Part shown: positions 39,481 through 52,680 of the stretch, in pieces
Layout: each line of letters starts with the position of its first letter
Numbering within the stretch: position 1 is the stretch's first letter
From: Octopus sinensis
Taxonomy: Eukaryota
Assembly (NCBI RefSeq): GCF_006345805.1
Contig: NC_042997.1
Coordinates: forward strand, 42,470,001-42,534,000
Length of the DNA stretch: 64,000 bases
Direction: 5' to 3'
The notes under the pieces: model-generated
Seen by the model: the letters and a program-made list of their open reading frames with translations, nothing else
Database searches by the model: none
Told to the model about the DNA's origin: nothing
Program-made: the position numbers and the translations under genes

Positions 39481-41182
39481 CTAGACAAGAAATAAATATA
39501 TCATATAAACACGTTAAAATGGGACTTTCTGATAGATACTCAATATTAACTTTTATAGACAAGATGAATTAACAAAATTTCTTAACCGCACCTTTTTTTT
39601 TTTTTTTTTTTACATGATGCCATACTTTAGAAAGGTTTACTACTTCAACAATAATCTTAATCCACATATTCTCACCTTACAGATCTATTATCTCTCTTGT
39701 ATACACATTTTATTAACCAATTTACATTTTATTTCTAATCTAAACCTCCAGAAACAATAACCAACATTATGATTTGCAAGCACACCTGCAACATTCATTA
39801 AAAATTCAATCAGAATCACTTCCCATAACTCAGTTTGTCACCCATGATGAAATCAGTCAAAAGACATCTCTTAGGTAACAAGTGGTCTAATTTTTGATCA
39901 TTGTTTCAGAAATTTTATACTGGTTTATATATTCTCAGTCAACTTACCAGACAGGCCACAGTACCACTTATGCTCATCATTTGCCATGACTATAAAATAT
40001 CAAGTCCCAAAGCAAGTCTATCTAAACATTGGCAAAGTTTGTGACTTGTGTAACTAGTTTCTTGGTTTTCAGGTTGTTCTTCAGAAGGCTTATATGATAC
40101 AACCATACTTCCAGCTCTCAAGACTGGTTCTTTGAAAACTTCAGAAACAAGAATCGGGTTTTGTTATACAAGATTTCCCACAAACAACTTCAACAAAACC
40201 ATTTAACACTCGCTCAAATTTTATAACTATCAAACAAAATTTTTAAATAACATGATTAAATGGATTTCATAGAACAAAAATATTTGAATTTTGTTTAAAT
40301 ACTGTCATATAAAAAGTTATAAGCCAATATTCAACTGTGATAAATAATTGAAAGAATTTAAAAGAATTGTTCATATTGGATTTTCAACCAAAGTGAAACA
40401 TACACATATAAAGTAGTTCGATATATTGCCATTTATTAAAATACAAGACTACTTCAAAATTAATTCTGATATATACCATAGTGGTTTTACTAACATAATT
40501 GAGCATAATCTGTCAACTTAATTTTTAAAGAAAAGTATTTATAAAGTGAATTATATAACTTGTTATATAAAGCAAAAAGCTATGTATTAAAATAAACCTT
40601 TGATGTAGCTTGAATTTGAATAAAATCAACTTAAAAAGTAGACAATGACCAAGTCATGAGGATGACTGATTGGGTTTTAATTTCTTCCAAAAATTTTGGG
40701 GAAAATAATTTTCCATTACATTTTGTTTCCAAAAATTAGTTCATCACTCACACTGTCACTCCAGTTTCTTTTTATATTATCAGAAATTGAAAACTTTTGG
40801 TTTCATGTCTATCCAAGTTGTTAAACCAATTGTTTTTTTTTTTTGCTTTTCCATTTGCCATATTCAAAATTCAAATTCAGAGTACCTTTTACTAAATTCA
40901 AAATTAATTTTTTAAGAAGGAAGCCAAAAAATTCCAACATCACATAATTCACACTATAATACTAGTGGTGTACAAATGTTAACCTAGTGAAATCATTAAT
41001 AATATAGTGGAACAAATTATATTGATGATTTATTAAATCAAGTGCAGTTTTAAGGCAGTTTAATAATGAAAAGGTTAAGAATTAGACTGAGGTGTACACC
41101 CTACTTAATAGTTCAGATTCATAAAAATGAATCTGCAAGATTATTTTCCAACTAATAAAATCTTAAAAGCATGCATACTTAC

Positions 41183-41454
41183 ATAATGAGGCAACATACT
41201 GCGGTACTGATTGGGTGGATTAGTTAAGCCCATATGAGGTCCAAGTGGTGGTACGACACCGGGGCCAGGTCCTTGATTTGAAGAGCCTGGCCGAGGTGGT
41301 ACCGGTTGAGGAGGAACCTCGGTTCCACCTAACATCTGGGGGCCATTTATTTGAGAAGTCACATTCGGAACTTGTGAAGAAGAAATTTGATTTTCTGGCG
41401 TTTGCTGTGACTGTATAGCACCACGAGTGCTGCCTTCGCGCCAATTGGCAATAT
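41183..41454 (-). CDS. PRRC2: PRRC2 coding exon 5 (NIANWREGSTRG...QYRSMLPHY)
   Basis: attag acceptor, TAT|gtaagt donor, 272 nt, phase 1 to 0. Confidence 0.9.
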
Positions 41455-42167
41455 CTAATTTTAAAAAGATAAAAAAAACAATAACCTAAGAATTCTGATC
41501 ATAAATACTAAAGAAATGAAATTTCCCACTTTTTTTTAAACAAAATCCTTAAATTGTTTTCTATATGCAGTTGTGTAGTTGTCAGTGGGAAAATGCACAA
41601 GCAGGTAACTGAGCTTACTGAATAACTTCAGTAATTATAAAAGAATTTAGGTGTAAATTTTACTGGAAATGCATGGAGTAAAATTCATGCATTTTTTAAG
41701 CAGGTGATCCAAGGAAATAAAATCAGTGCTTGTTAAGTCAAGAAACTTGTTTACATTTGATGTAATTTGATTGAATATTTCTTTTTACTAAAGGCTTGAA
41801 ATTGTGGTGGGATGGGGATAGTAGATTGTGTCCACCTGGTATTTATCTTAACCCCAAAAGGATAAAAGGCAAAGTTGACCACAGCAGAAAATGAGCCCAG
41901 AATGTAAAGACATACAAAATGTCACTAAGCCTTTTGCCCAGCGTGCAAACAATTCTGCCAGCTTGCCACCTGAACACTGAAGAAAACCAAGATCAAAAAC
42001 GACAGACAAAAAATATACTAAATAGTTCATAAATTGGATTGCATTTTTTTCCCATAAGGTTACAGAAAACATCGCTTATAGTCGGTTTATCATTTTTAAG
42101 CCTAATAGATTAATAAAACAAGTAATGAACTAATTTCAAGTGTTATTATAAAGTTTGGACTATTTAC

Positions 42168-42311
42168 TTTGAGGTCGTAAATTTGGTCCTGGACCAAATT
42201 GGGTGTCTTTTCCAGGCTCTTCTTTCACTTCTTTTTTTTCTTCTTCCCCACCAGGAGCAAGCTTTGGGAATTCTTCGTGAAATAATGGCGATTGGTGGCT
42301 CAATATTCCAC
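42168..42311 (-). CDS. PRRC2: PRRC2 coding exon 4 (..SPLFHEEFPKLAPGG..DTQFGPGPNLRPQ)
   Basis: ttctaccag acceptor, AA|gtaaat donor, 144 nt, phase 1 to 1; family motifs EEFP.L and GPGP.LRPQ. Confidence 0.92.
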
Positions 42312-43766
42312 CTGGTAGAAAATAAAAAATATTTTTCAGTAATATTTCAAATTTTTAAGAGTGAAAAAAAAGCATTAAGATTTGGAATAACCACTCTAAA
42401 AAAAAAAAAAAAGACATATTACAAAATATGAGCGAAGGCATATCAGATCATTTAATTAAAGATTCATAGTAAAACAGAAGAATCCAAGGAAGCCAGTGAT
42501 GTTCTTGCAGTGGCAAATAACACAAACAAGTCAAACAGTATGATAAATGTTATGCATCAGGGAGTGGAAAAAGTATAATATTGTGGGTAGAACTCTTGTC
42601 AAAGAGAGAAGGTGGGATGAAATGTTTGCTGGTGAAGCAGGATACATTGGAAATGGCGAGAACAAGGACTTATTAAAACAGTGAAAAGAGAAAGGAATGA
42701 ATGAAGATGAGGAAGTAAACAGAAGAGATTGAGGGAAAGGCATACAAACATACACACAAGTTTATATGTGTATTTGTAAATAAAGTGCACATCTATGTAT
42801 AGTACAATTTATACAGCCACACACATTTCTGATTATTCTCATATTCATAAACATGCCACATATATAGCCACACATACAAACTTCTATATTTATGCACTCA
42901 AGTGTGCTGAAACAAATGTGCAGTCACAAATATAAACTGCAACTACATATAGACATGTATATTATGATGAAGGGTGTGACATTAGTAACTGCTGCTGTAT
43001 TACACAGCTGGAGCTATTGAAAAAACAAATCATATATCAAATGTTGAAAGAAAATCAAGTCAAAGTAATTTAAGTAATTGTGTCAAGCCTATCATAGAAA
43101 GTACAACATAACAGAAATGGTAAAGTTAAATTTAAAGTGAGAAAAGTGTCAATGAGCAATGAGAGAGCAATATTGCCAAGAGTCACTGTATCAAACATAC
43201 AATTCCAGGACAATCCAAGTGAATTTGACCAACACCTAGACCTCTATAGGGCTGGCATAACAGCTCATCTTAGTAGCCATAAGCACTCCATTACATTGTT
43301 CATAAAATTCACAGGAGATACCGTTAAGAGTAAGAGCTAGTTTAGCTAAGTGGAAATGCATTGTGGAGTTAGATTCAAGTAGAGGTTGAAAAGATGTTTA
43401 AGGACTGCCATTGTTGAAGGCAGAATAGTAAAAAGGAATCACATGAAATTACCAAAGGAGTTCAGTGGAGCAACAAGTAGAAGCAATGGAGTAACCAAAA
43501 TGGTTTGTGCAGCTAAGGAAGAAAATAATAGAGGCAAAAGGTGTGTTGAGGTAATGCAAGAGTTTATGGAAGAGAGTAATGCTTCGACAATAAATTTTTG
43601 GTTCTCATATGTGATCATAGGGTAACAGAATTTAGAATTGTCGTCAGACAGCAACAATAATCACTGTCAACTGAATTGTGACATCACTACAGTGGACATT
43701 ATCTTTGAAGTATCCAATACATAAATACATTCTAAGAATTTTCAAAGCAACTAGAAAATAACTTAC

Positions 43767-43848
43767 TTTGTGAAGTTTCCCCAACAGTGACACTGCTCCA
43801 TGACTTGACCCCAGTACTGTTTATGGTTGCCCCAGATGTGTTCACTTG
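43767..43848 (-). CDS. PRRC2: PRRC2 coding exon 3 (QVNTSGATINSTGVKSWSSVTVGETSQ)
   Basis: ttttatag acceptor, AA|gtaagt donor, 82 nt, phase 0 to 1. Confidence 0.85.
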
Positions 43849-45160
43849 CTATAAAAAAAGATATTAGAATAAGATGAATGTAAAATATACAGCAAAATGT
43901 TATATACAGTAGTTTACACAGTAATTTTGTAATCAAGAGCAATAGTTCCACATGATTCTACCACTGACTGCTACTGTCAAATGAGGGACTCTTTCTGTTT
44001 GACTTACTCGAAATAGTCAAATCTTCCTCATCTAAGTACAGGACAAGATAATTCCTTTAAAAAGACATGCTGAACATGTATAGAATGCCTTGAATTCAAA
44101 GTCTGCTTAATCAATATTGACTTGGAGCTAAGTTATACTATCACAAGATTCATCTTCATAAAATTATCTTTCTGAAATGTTATTAATTGCAGCTCACTAA
44201 ACAATTACTGTCCATACCAAAAGGTAACATAAGTGCATATGGCAGACTTATTTTCTGTTACACCTCTTAAATATAAATAGTTTAAGACATCCAAATCAGT
44301 TCATAACTATAGATTTACCCTTACACATTCTTACATCTTGAAGTCAATTTGAAAGTATTTTATATTTTAAAATCAAGGTTTCAAAAGAGGAACTCAATGA
44401 CAGGCAACAGTGGAACTTGAATTTAATTAGCCAATTTCACATGGCGCTTGTAAGAGCTCCATTTTATAGCATTAACTAGTACATCATATTAGCATTTTCA
44501 TATCTATCCTTGTAATGCCAATAAAAGTATTAGGAAACTTTCTAATACCATTATATTGGACTCGTGCCTTTTGACTGAATCATTGTCTAATAGTTAAAAC
44601 ACTTGAGATTACAAATTTTCAGAAATAAAAACGTCTACATAAAAAACTAAGAACATTAAATTTTAAAATTGGTAATTGTTTTTGTACAACTGGTATTTTC
44701 CTGAATATTTACATGAAGTGAGCAGTTTATACTGCACCTTAAGTCTTATCATAAAACACTAACTATTACAATATAAGGAACGATTCAGCCTTGAGAAAGC
44801 CAGTATCTTAAGTTAGTATCAAATTGAAGATTTTAATATCCTTTAAATTTGGGAAAGAGTAATAAGAAATAAGCTACTAATGTATGCGTGCAATAGTTGA
44901 AATGTGAAATGTCATTAATCTACACAGTTCTTCAGTCTAGCACTCAATAGTTTCATATTATAAAGTAGGTTTGGTTCAAGAAAAAAAAAGGTGAATAATC
45001 TAAAAATGATTAAATTCTTTATTTAAAATGCAATATTAACGATATACCTTAACAGATTTTCTTTCATTAATTTTTGCATGAAAATGAATGGTAAATCCTT
45101 AAGGAGACTTAAGCAAATACAAAATGTCCCATGAGAAAACATCTAAATGTTTACAACTCA

Positions 45161-45520
<360 letters not shown>

Positions 45521-45556
45521 TCAAAAACGGAAGACACATTGAATAAAATTACTTAC

Positions 45557-45671
45557 CTGTTGATTTCTGTGTCTCAACGCTCTTTCCTTTGTATATATTA
45601 TTTATGTTAATAGATGTAAATTTTCCCTTTCCTTTCTCCCCTTTATTACCTAGCCCCGAGAGTGAGGACAT
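45557..45671 (-). CDS. PRRC2: PRRC2 coding exon 1 (MSSLSGLGNKGEKGKGKFTSININNIYKGKSVETQKST); exon incl. UTR 45557-45732
   Basis: ATG at 45671 in caagATG context; acceptor tttctttcag at 45733; donor AG|gtaagt; 115 nt, ends phase 1. Confidence 0.9.
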
Positions 45672-47699
45672 CTTGCCAAGGCGTTCATTGAAATTTTTCT
45701 GATATTATACCCTATGAACGGTCCGTTAAAATCTGAAAGAAAGAAAGAAATTTAAAGAGATTGTCTAAAGTAATTTCTAGATATTTTTCAGAGTCAGAAT
45801 GCAAATTTTACATTAATCAAAATTTTTTCAAATGTTTAGTATTTGAAAAACCACTAACAAAATTTGTAAACAAAATCTAACGCGCGCACAGTCTTCCGAT
45901 TACATTTCGAAAACAAGTTCCCAGATACGAAGCCATTAGGATATAAAAGAACACGGTAAGAATTGACGTAGATTATAATGCAGTACTGAAAATACATGTA
46001 GTCGTCATTTAAATGAACAATACTAGTTTGTTAAAAGCTTGCACGAAACCTCAACTCGACAGCTACACATTATGATAAACCCCAATTAATATTTCTTTCG
46101 TTCCCTATGCAACTACTTCGGATATAAATGTGCATCTTTCCTCTCATGTGCATACATATTGAACGCGCGTGTGCGACATGCAAGTATATGCACAAAAGGC
46201 GCACTAAAAAAGAAAATAATCAATGAATAATCTAACGACGACAATATGTAATCGTTGCTGTAATGAGCATCTGCTACTATGACAATAGCAACACAGCAGC
46301 AGCAGCAGCATTGGTTTCCCTTCCAATGAACGAAGAAGATTAGTTGACCACATTAAGAGGTAGTTGCTTCCCTTGTGTGAATTTGCCATTCTTCATGAAA
46401 TGGTGATCTTATTTAAGACTATTTTTAAAGCCAAACGAAAAGCCATTGTAGTTATTCAAGTTGTACATCATATGACGATGATATTAAGTAGTATTAATAG
46501 TTTCTTTTGTTTTTTTTTTATTGTTTCATGAACATCTCTATAAAAATATTTTAAATTCTTAAACGGTAAATTCGCAATTTGAATCTCTACAAAGAGATTA
46601 CACCTTATGTTAATAGTACTTAGTAACCGGTTTCTGATCAGCAATCAAAATTTTACACAAAGTAGAAAATTCCGCAGAGTTCATTGCACAAAATATTCCG
46701 ATGGTAATTCACAAATCAGAGAAAAGTGTATAAGCAAATATATATCTTGAGAACGATAAAAGTGCTTAAAAATACTTATTCTTCAAAAGAATAATTCTAA
46801 AATTTTCTTTTCTCAACGAAGTCTTCACAAATATAGAGTTAGATTAGTTTAACCTACGATCATCTCACATTTTATCAGAAAGCATCCTTTCAGATGTACT
46901 GAATGTTTTTACGCTGGTTCAGAAATACCGAGAAAGAAACGGTTTGAAGGGTTTTTAGATCTATAGCTGCAACCAAGAACAGTAAACCTATAAATCCAAA
47001 TCTGTCCAACATATTCTGCGGTGAAATTTTAAATCAATAACACGGTAGTCTATTTTATGCTCTCGTGATTAACAAATTAACATCGAGTGTTGAAAAAAAA
47101 TATTCATACTTTGATTAAAATTCTTTAATTTTAGACATTGATAGCTTTTACGACATAATCAATAAAACTACGAAGAAAAAATATATATTGTTCAAGAAAT
47201 TACCGAAAAAAATATTGCTCAATATACAAGGCATGTATACTGGCTTAAGATAATTAGCTTATTTTTACAACCATTCATCTAAAAATGTAAAATAAAATAT
47301 AACCCAAACTATTATAAAGCTAGTTCCTATCATTGTGCTGCTAATTAATAGTTGAATCATAGTATGTATGCCAAACAATAAAGAGCAAAGCTAACGCGCA
47401 CACGAGAACGGAAAGATTACGAATTTCCCTACCAATAGCACTTAATGTTACTTTCATTATAATAAAAGATTCCAATTTTATCAAAATAATATTCAGTTTG
47501 TTTAAAGCCGCGATAAATTATGAAAACAATTTAAAATTCATTTGAAATATACTAAATGATATTACAAAATCTTACAAGCTTTAACATGAAACCACAACTA
47601 GATTATTTCAAAGAGGAGGTATTTATGCTTATACAAAATATGTTTTTTTTAATTTGTCCTATATGGTGGGAAAGCTATGCCAAAAGCCGAGAGACCGGT

Positions 47700-48090
47700 A
47701 AGTTGTGGTCAGCTGCAGTTTAGACTATGTGCCACGAGAAAATTCCAGAGGGCCGAAGTTCTTGGAAAGGAAGGGCTAGGCGTAATAGTATGAGGTGTGA
47801 TGGGGTTGGACACAGTATCTGCAATGATAGGAGGATGCGAGTGAATGGAGAATGCCTCAATGAGATGGGAAGGACCAACAAAACCAAAAAAAAGCAGAGA
47901 CCATTTTAGTAGCGAAAGAAAAGGAGGAGCGGAAACAGAAAGGTTGTGGACCAAAGGTTGGAGTCCGTCAGCCGAGTGGCATTTCTCTCGATAGTCAATG
48001 TGCATAGTAGCAGCCAAGTCCCAGATGTGGAGGTAGTAGTACTCAAATTGTACGATTCACCTGAGCAGCGGTGCAGAGGGTCAATAATTG
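47700..48090 (-). mobile_element. 3' fragment of a CR1/Jockey-like LINE ORF2
   Basis: Minus ORF ends ..SFPRTSALWNFL, resembling the FFPRT..LWN.LP C-terminal motif; GC-rich block in AT-rich intron. Confidence 0.55.
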
Positions 48091-49049
48091 GAAGCTAAAC
48101 AAGTATTTTCTGATCCCGTAAACAAAAGACCACACTGAAATGCAAGCAAATAACAATAAACGCAAGTTTAACGCCATTTGAAATCCTGATGTCGCTATTT
48201 CTACCCTGTTCTTAAAAACCTAGGGGAGAAAAAAAGGTTGCTTCGACATGCTGAATCTCTTAACCTATACCCAATCGTCTTAACAAAAAAATGTAATTTT
48301 ATAATGAAAAGCTAGATGTATAATTTTTAAACAAAAAAAAAAATGTGAAATTATTACAGAAAGCCTATGATCATATGTGATGTATTAAGAACGTCACTAA
48401 AATTACAAATAATCGGAAAAGATAATATTTCAGCAATAAAACGTGCAATGAGGTGTTATATAATCAATGGTATATAATAATATGGATAATATATTTGCAA
48501 GTAAATAGCAAGCAATTTAAACATTCTCAACGGATAAAATGGGAAACAATTTTTCCCCTTTCTTCCCAGTATAGGGAATTAAACTCGCCCGATTTTAAAG
48601 ATATTTTCGCTAATAATCTACAAGAAATACTGCAATTAATCTCATCGCATATTTGAAAAAATGTGAAAAAATTCAACGGTACATTTAAACGTTTTAAATT
48701 TGTTAAACATTTAAGGAACATATTATGGGGAGTACAATGTTTCAATAAAACCAATTCTTATCTTTTAAATGTTAGATTAGATTTACGAATTGTATTGAAT
48801 TTATATTATTTCAGAATATGACATTTTTTTAAAGATCCAATTAAGAAAACTAGTGGGAGGTAGTTTTAAGATTGACAGACGAATAATCTGAACAGTTTAA
48901 TATTATGAAGAAGGTAGATTTTAGAACGAAAAACCACCCCATCACGCAAATTATAGTATTTCGAAGCAGAAAAATGAGTAGGTTGAAAAGCGGAAAGAGC
49001 AAGGGAAAGCGATTGAGCTGGGAGAAGAAATATGTTGGGCACAATTTCA

Positions 49050-50900
49050 ATATTTAATTATCAATAGGTCGCCATCTTGTATTCCTTACTGAGGTCGTTA
49101 GGAGAGAGAAATACATTTAGAGAAGGAGATTCAGATCGGGGGAAAAAGGACAGTAGTAATTCAACATTTTGAAATTCATTCTAACAACACCAGGAAAAAT
49201 AAGTAAAGGGGCAAAAAAAAACAAAAAAAAAAAACAGGAAAATTATAGAAAGGAAAACGGAAATCCCACAAAAAAAAAAAAGAAATTTGAATCGAAATTC
49301 AATTTAGAGAGAGAGAGAGAGAGAAAAATTAGTTTCCGGGAACCGGTTAGGATGGTTATTGTCCAGAAAGCGAGCAGACCAGAACCCTAATTACCTCAAC
49401 AATTAACAATATATATTTATTTATACACAAATGAAACCATTTTCTTAAAACATCAAATTGAAGGAAACCAAGTTTTCAAAAATCTAGAAATCTAATTCCG
49501 ACTATTTTTTCACATTGAAAAAAAAAGGAGTGATTTCATGCAACTCCATGCAACCTACAGAAATATTCTCTCTCTGTGTCTATGAATTATGGAACAAAGC
49601 AAGTTTAAATAGATTTTGTGAAGAGATTTTTTTGAAAAAAAAAAATTTTCCAAACATGAATTCTTTGTCATTTTTTGTCTCTTTTTTTTCTGTCGGGATT
49701 AGGAACAGGTCATGCTTTCAATTACTGAATTGACAAGAGGGAGGGTTTTTATGGCAAGCCACTTGTCAATTTGAATTATATTTCTATAAATAAATGAAAC
49801 TATCTCGAGTAAAATATCCACACACATCTCGTAAATGGTTAGTTTTTAGCTCTTTTCCTACAAAATTTCAGAAACAACAACCAATAATGGCGAGAATAAA
49901 ACGCAAAGCAATGATTAGGAAATCAAGTGAATATTATTAAAGACTCCAAAGAGACCATAATTTCGTATAAAATAGTCCAAAATCAGGAAATTATGATATA
50001 TTTCAAAACAAATACAAGAATAAAGGGAAATGCGATACACATTTTTTCAAAATGGATTTCACAGAAAAATTAAGGTTAGACCAAATGGGGAAAAAAAACA
50101 TTAGTCAATTAAAAACTAAAATTAGAATTATCACATGAAAAAAATTGAGGTACTTACACCGGCCCGTTCTGATGGGTTATAATTTAAGATGATAAACAGA
50201 AGATTACAATAAGTTTATCGGGACGGATGACTAAAGATAAATTTCCGATTTGCTGTTTTGTGTGCAACGTAAAAGTTGTCTTATCAAAATGGCGTTCAAC
50301 GTTCAGTTTGGTATGCAAATGATGGTGATGATGTCACTGCTATCCCACAATGCACGCAGAAATTCGAAACTTCCAAGGAACAGCGATGTCCTGCAAATGG
50401 AATTTACCAAATTTCTTTCTTTTGGAACACCCCAAAAAAATTAATTTGAAAATATCCTCGTTTGTGTCTGTTTACTGTATACGAATTAAATGGCAACACA
50501 TGACGTCTAAACGGACGAGTTGCCGCTCCTTCTCTAGCATTTAGTATGTGGGTATGGACGTGCGTTATGCAAAAGGAAATGATTTTCCCACAACTCTCTC
50601 TCTCTTTCTCTCTCTCTCACGCGCCACCGGTATTGCACCCAGTGACTCCCAATCGCATCTCTATCTCTTTATGTTATCGAGTTTATAAAGGCGACTATGG
50701 TCAACCTTTTGTCTACCTAGGAGTGTGTTTCTATGGTCTTTTGTCTCAGCTACAACAACACCATAGGCACCTGCCTAAACTCTCCACCTCTTGTTTGGTT
50801 AGAACGAGTAACAGGCTCAACGGCGTGAATCTTGTCAAAAACGCCGTCTCCAGCTTCTGTGCAGATTCCTTTTGGCAGGAGATTCACAGGATGCTGTGTG
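49050..50900 (-). promoter_or_regulatory. Probable promoter / non-coding first exon(s) of the PRRC2 gene
   Basis: CpG-richer island. YY1-type motifs CAAGATGGCG (minus, ~49069-49078) and CAAAATGGCG (plus, 50285-50294). Strong minus-strand donor GT|gtaagta at 50158/50157, further donors at ~49089 and ~49394. CT-repeat tract at 50574-50598. TSS cannot be fixed from sequence. Confidence 0.5.
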
Positions 50901-51152
50901 TCCCCCCCCCCCAATAGTATTTCCACCACCGCCTAAACAGCTGGTGTTGTTCACGAATTCTCAAATAAAGCAATTGTTGCTTGAGGTATTTTAGTCCTTA
51001 TAAATGACCGTTACAATGAGGTAACCTTTTGAAAACTAATATATAAAGGGGTTAAGTAAAATACGTTGGGACTATTATCTGCTTCCATGTAAGTATTACG
51101 TTTGTCAAATGTGCGTGATATATATTTATATACACATGATTATATGTGTCAT

Positions 51153-51187
<35 letters not shown>

Positions 51188-51204
51188 TATATATGTATGT
51201 ATGT

Positions 51205-51410
51205 ATTCGCCATGATAGATCGCTAGCCACTACACATTCTTTATTTTCTCTCCCCCTTTATTTCTGTGGAAGAGCGTAGGCTCGAAACATTAAAGACTTT
51301 TTCACTTCTCAAACGTTAAACTAATACATCTGTTTGTTGTCTACACCACCTGTCTTCGTCTTTTGTTTTGTTTTTGTTTTTTTCTTTTTGTGAATTCTTC
51401 CCCTAAATGT
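51205..51410 (+). mobile_element. Penelope-like terminal repeat remnant with a minimal-hammerhead-like motif
   Basis: CTGTGGAA-GAGC-gtag-GCTC-GAAAC at 51264-51288, next to a TA microsatellite. Confidence 0.4.
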
Positions 51411-51919
51411 GTGTGTGTACAGAGGGGAAAGCAAAATGGACATTTAATCAATTGTAATAATCGCAATGAAGAAAAAAGTAATAAATGTTAATGAAAATAA
51501 ATTCCAAAATGGGCAAGGGAGACAATTTTCAAAATTTCAAGCGCATAAATTTTACAAGAGAATATACAGAGGAAGGTATAGTGTTAACTCCGAAAGTTAG
51601 GGGTTTATTAGGCCTTGTCCACTCATACCCACCACTGGTTTGACAAATTGTGTCCCAGGAACATTTCCAAACTCTGCATGAAGAATAGTTAAGTGCAGGC
51701 TAAGGTTTTTTGAAACACATTAAAACCAGGCAAGCAACTCACTTCTGCAACAGAATATATATTTGGAAGTCCGAAACAGAGTTTTGGTTGCATTTTCAAT
51801 TCATTGTCATTTTTATTGTTTCCTTCATGGCGATCACTGTTAAACTTTGCAAAGTTCAACTATAGTCTCTCCTAAAAACTCTGGTATGGGGTTTTATACA
51901 ACCACAGAGGCACAATCTG

Positions 51920-52211
51920 TGAAGGCACATGGCCTAATGGTTAGAGCAGTGGACTCGCGGTCGAGGGATCGTGGGTTCAAATCTCAGACCGGGTGATGTG
52001 TGTGTTTATGAGCGAAACACCTAAGCTCCATGCAGTTCCTGCAGAAGGTAACGGCGAACTTCTGCTGACTCTTTCGCCACAACTTTCTCTCACTCTTTCC
52101 TCCTGCATCTTGCAGCTCACCTGTGATGGACTGGCATCCCGTCCAGGTGGGGAACCTAAATGCCAGCCCTTAAGAGCCAGGCGTGGCTCGAGAAGGAACA
52201 AACAAACAACA
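51920..52211 (+). mobile_element. Full-length tRNA-derived SINE with target-site duplication
   Basis: A box TGGCCTAATGG, B box GGGTTCAAATC, central CCTGTGATGGACTGGCATCCCGTCCAGG, (AAC)-rich tail; 16-bp TSD ACAGAGGCACAATCTG at 51904-51919 and 52212-52227. Confidence 0.9.
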
Positions 52212-52349
52212 ACAGAGGCACAATCTGCAAATAAATTATGTAACTCTTCTTAAGATGCTTTGAGCACTTAATTGGAAGTGGCTTACTTTGATTTATACTT
52301 AGAATAACTTGATCACACACACATATATACATCCATATTTTCATGTGTG

Positions 52350-52680
52350 TGTTTGTGTATGTACATACATACATACATGATGGCTGCTCCCTCATTATCG
52401 AGTATGGCCATTGCACGAAGCTTAACTGTTATTGGTGCTGTGATTGAATGTGACTTTTTAGCCCAGCTAAAGATCTACAATGTCTTGTACAGAATTGGCA
52501 GCTAAAACCTTTCCCGGCAATAGCCGGCTGTTGTTGTAACTGAGTTTCATGTACCTTTGCATGTTGTTTAAATCCTCCTGCCGAATTACACTCTCTTCCG
52601 AATGCCTGACGGATATGATTAGTATGGTGTGTAACACCACCACCAGTGGCCAGGTTGTCACTCATCTACAAACATACATA
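52350..52680 (-). mobile_element. 3' end of a LINE encoding tandem C2H2 zinc fingers
   Basis: ..GRECNSAGGFKQHAKVH..FSCQFCTRHCRSLAGLKSHIQSQH-stop, then a short UTR and (ATGT)n tail; no TGEKP linkers. Confidence 0.55.

Noticed and set aside
39906-39980. C/D-box snoRNA candidate (ATGATGA..CTGA..CTGA, 75 nt, minus), considered because human PRRC2A/B host snoRNAs
   Set aside because: No terminal stem, no C' box and no recognisable rRNA guide; overlaps a better-explained candidate exon.
50546-50917. 123-aa plus-strand ORF near the promoter
   Set aside because: Spans a CT microsatellite; no motif or coding-like composition.
51920-52000. tRNA gene
   Set aside because: A/B boxes are present but there is no full cloverleaf; it is the head of a TSD-flanked SINE.
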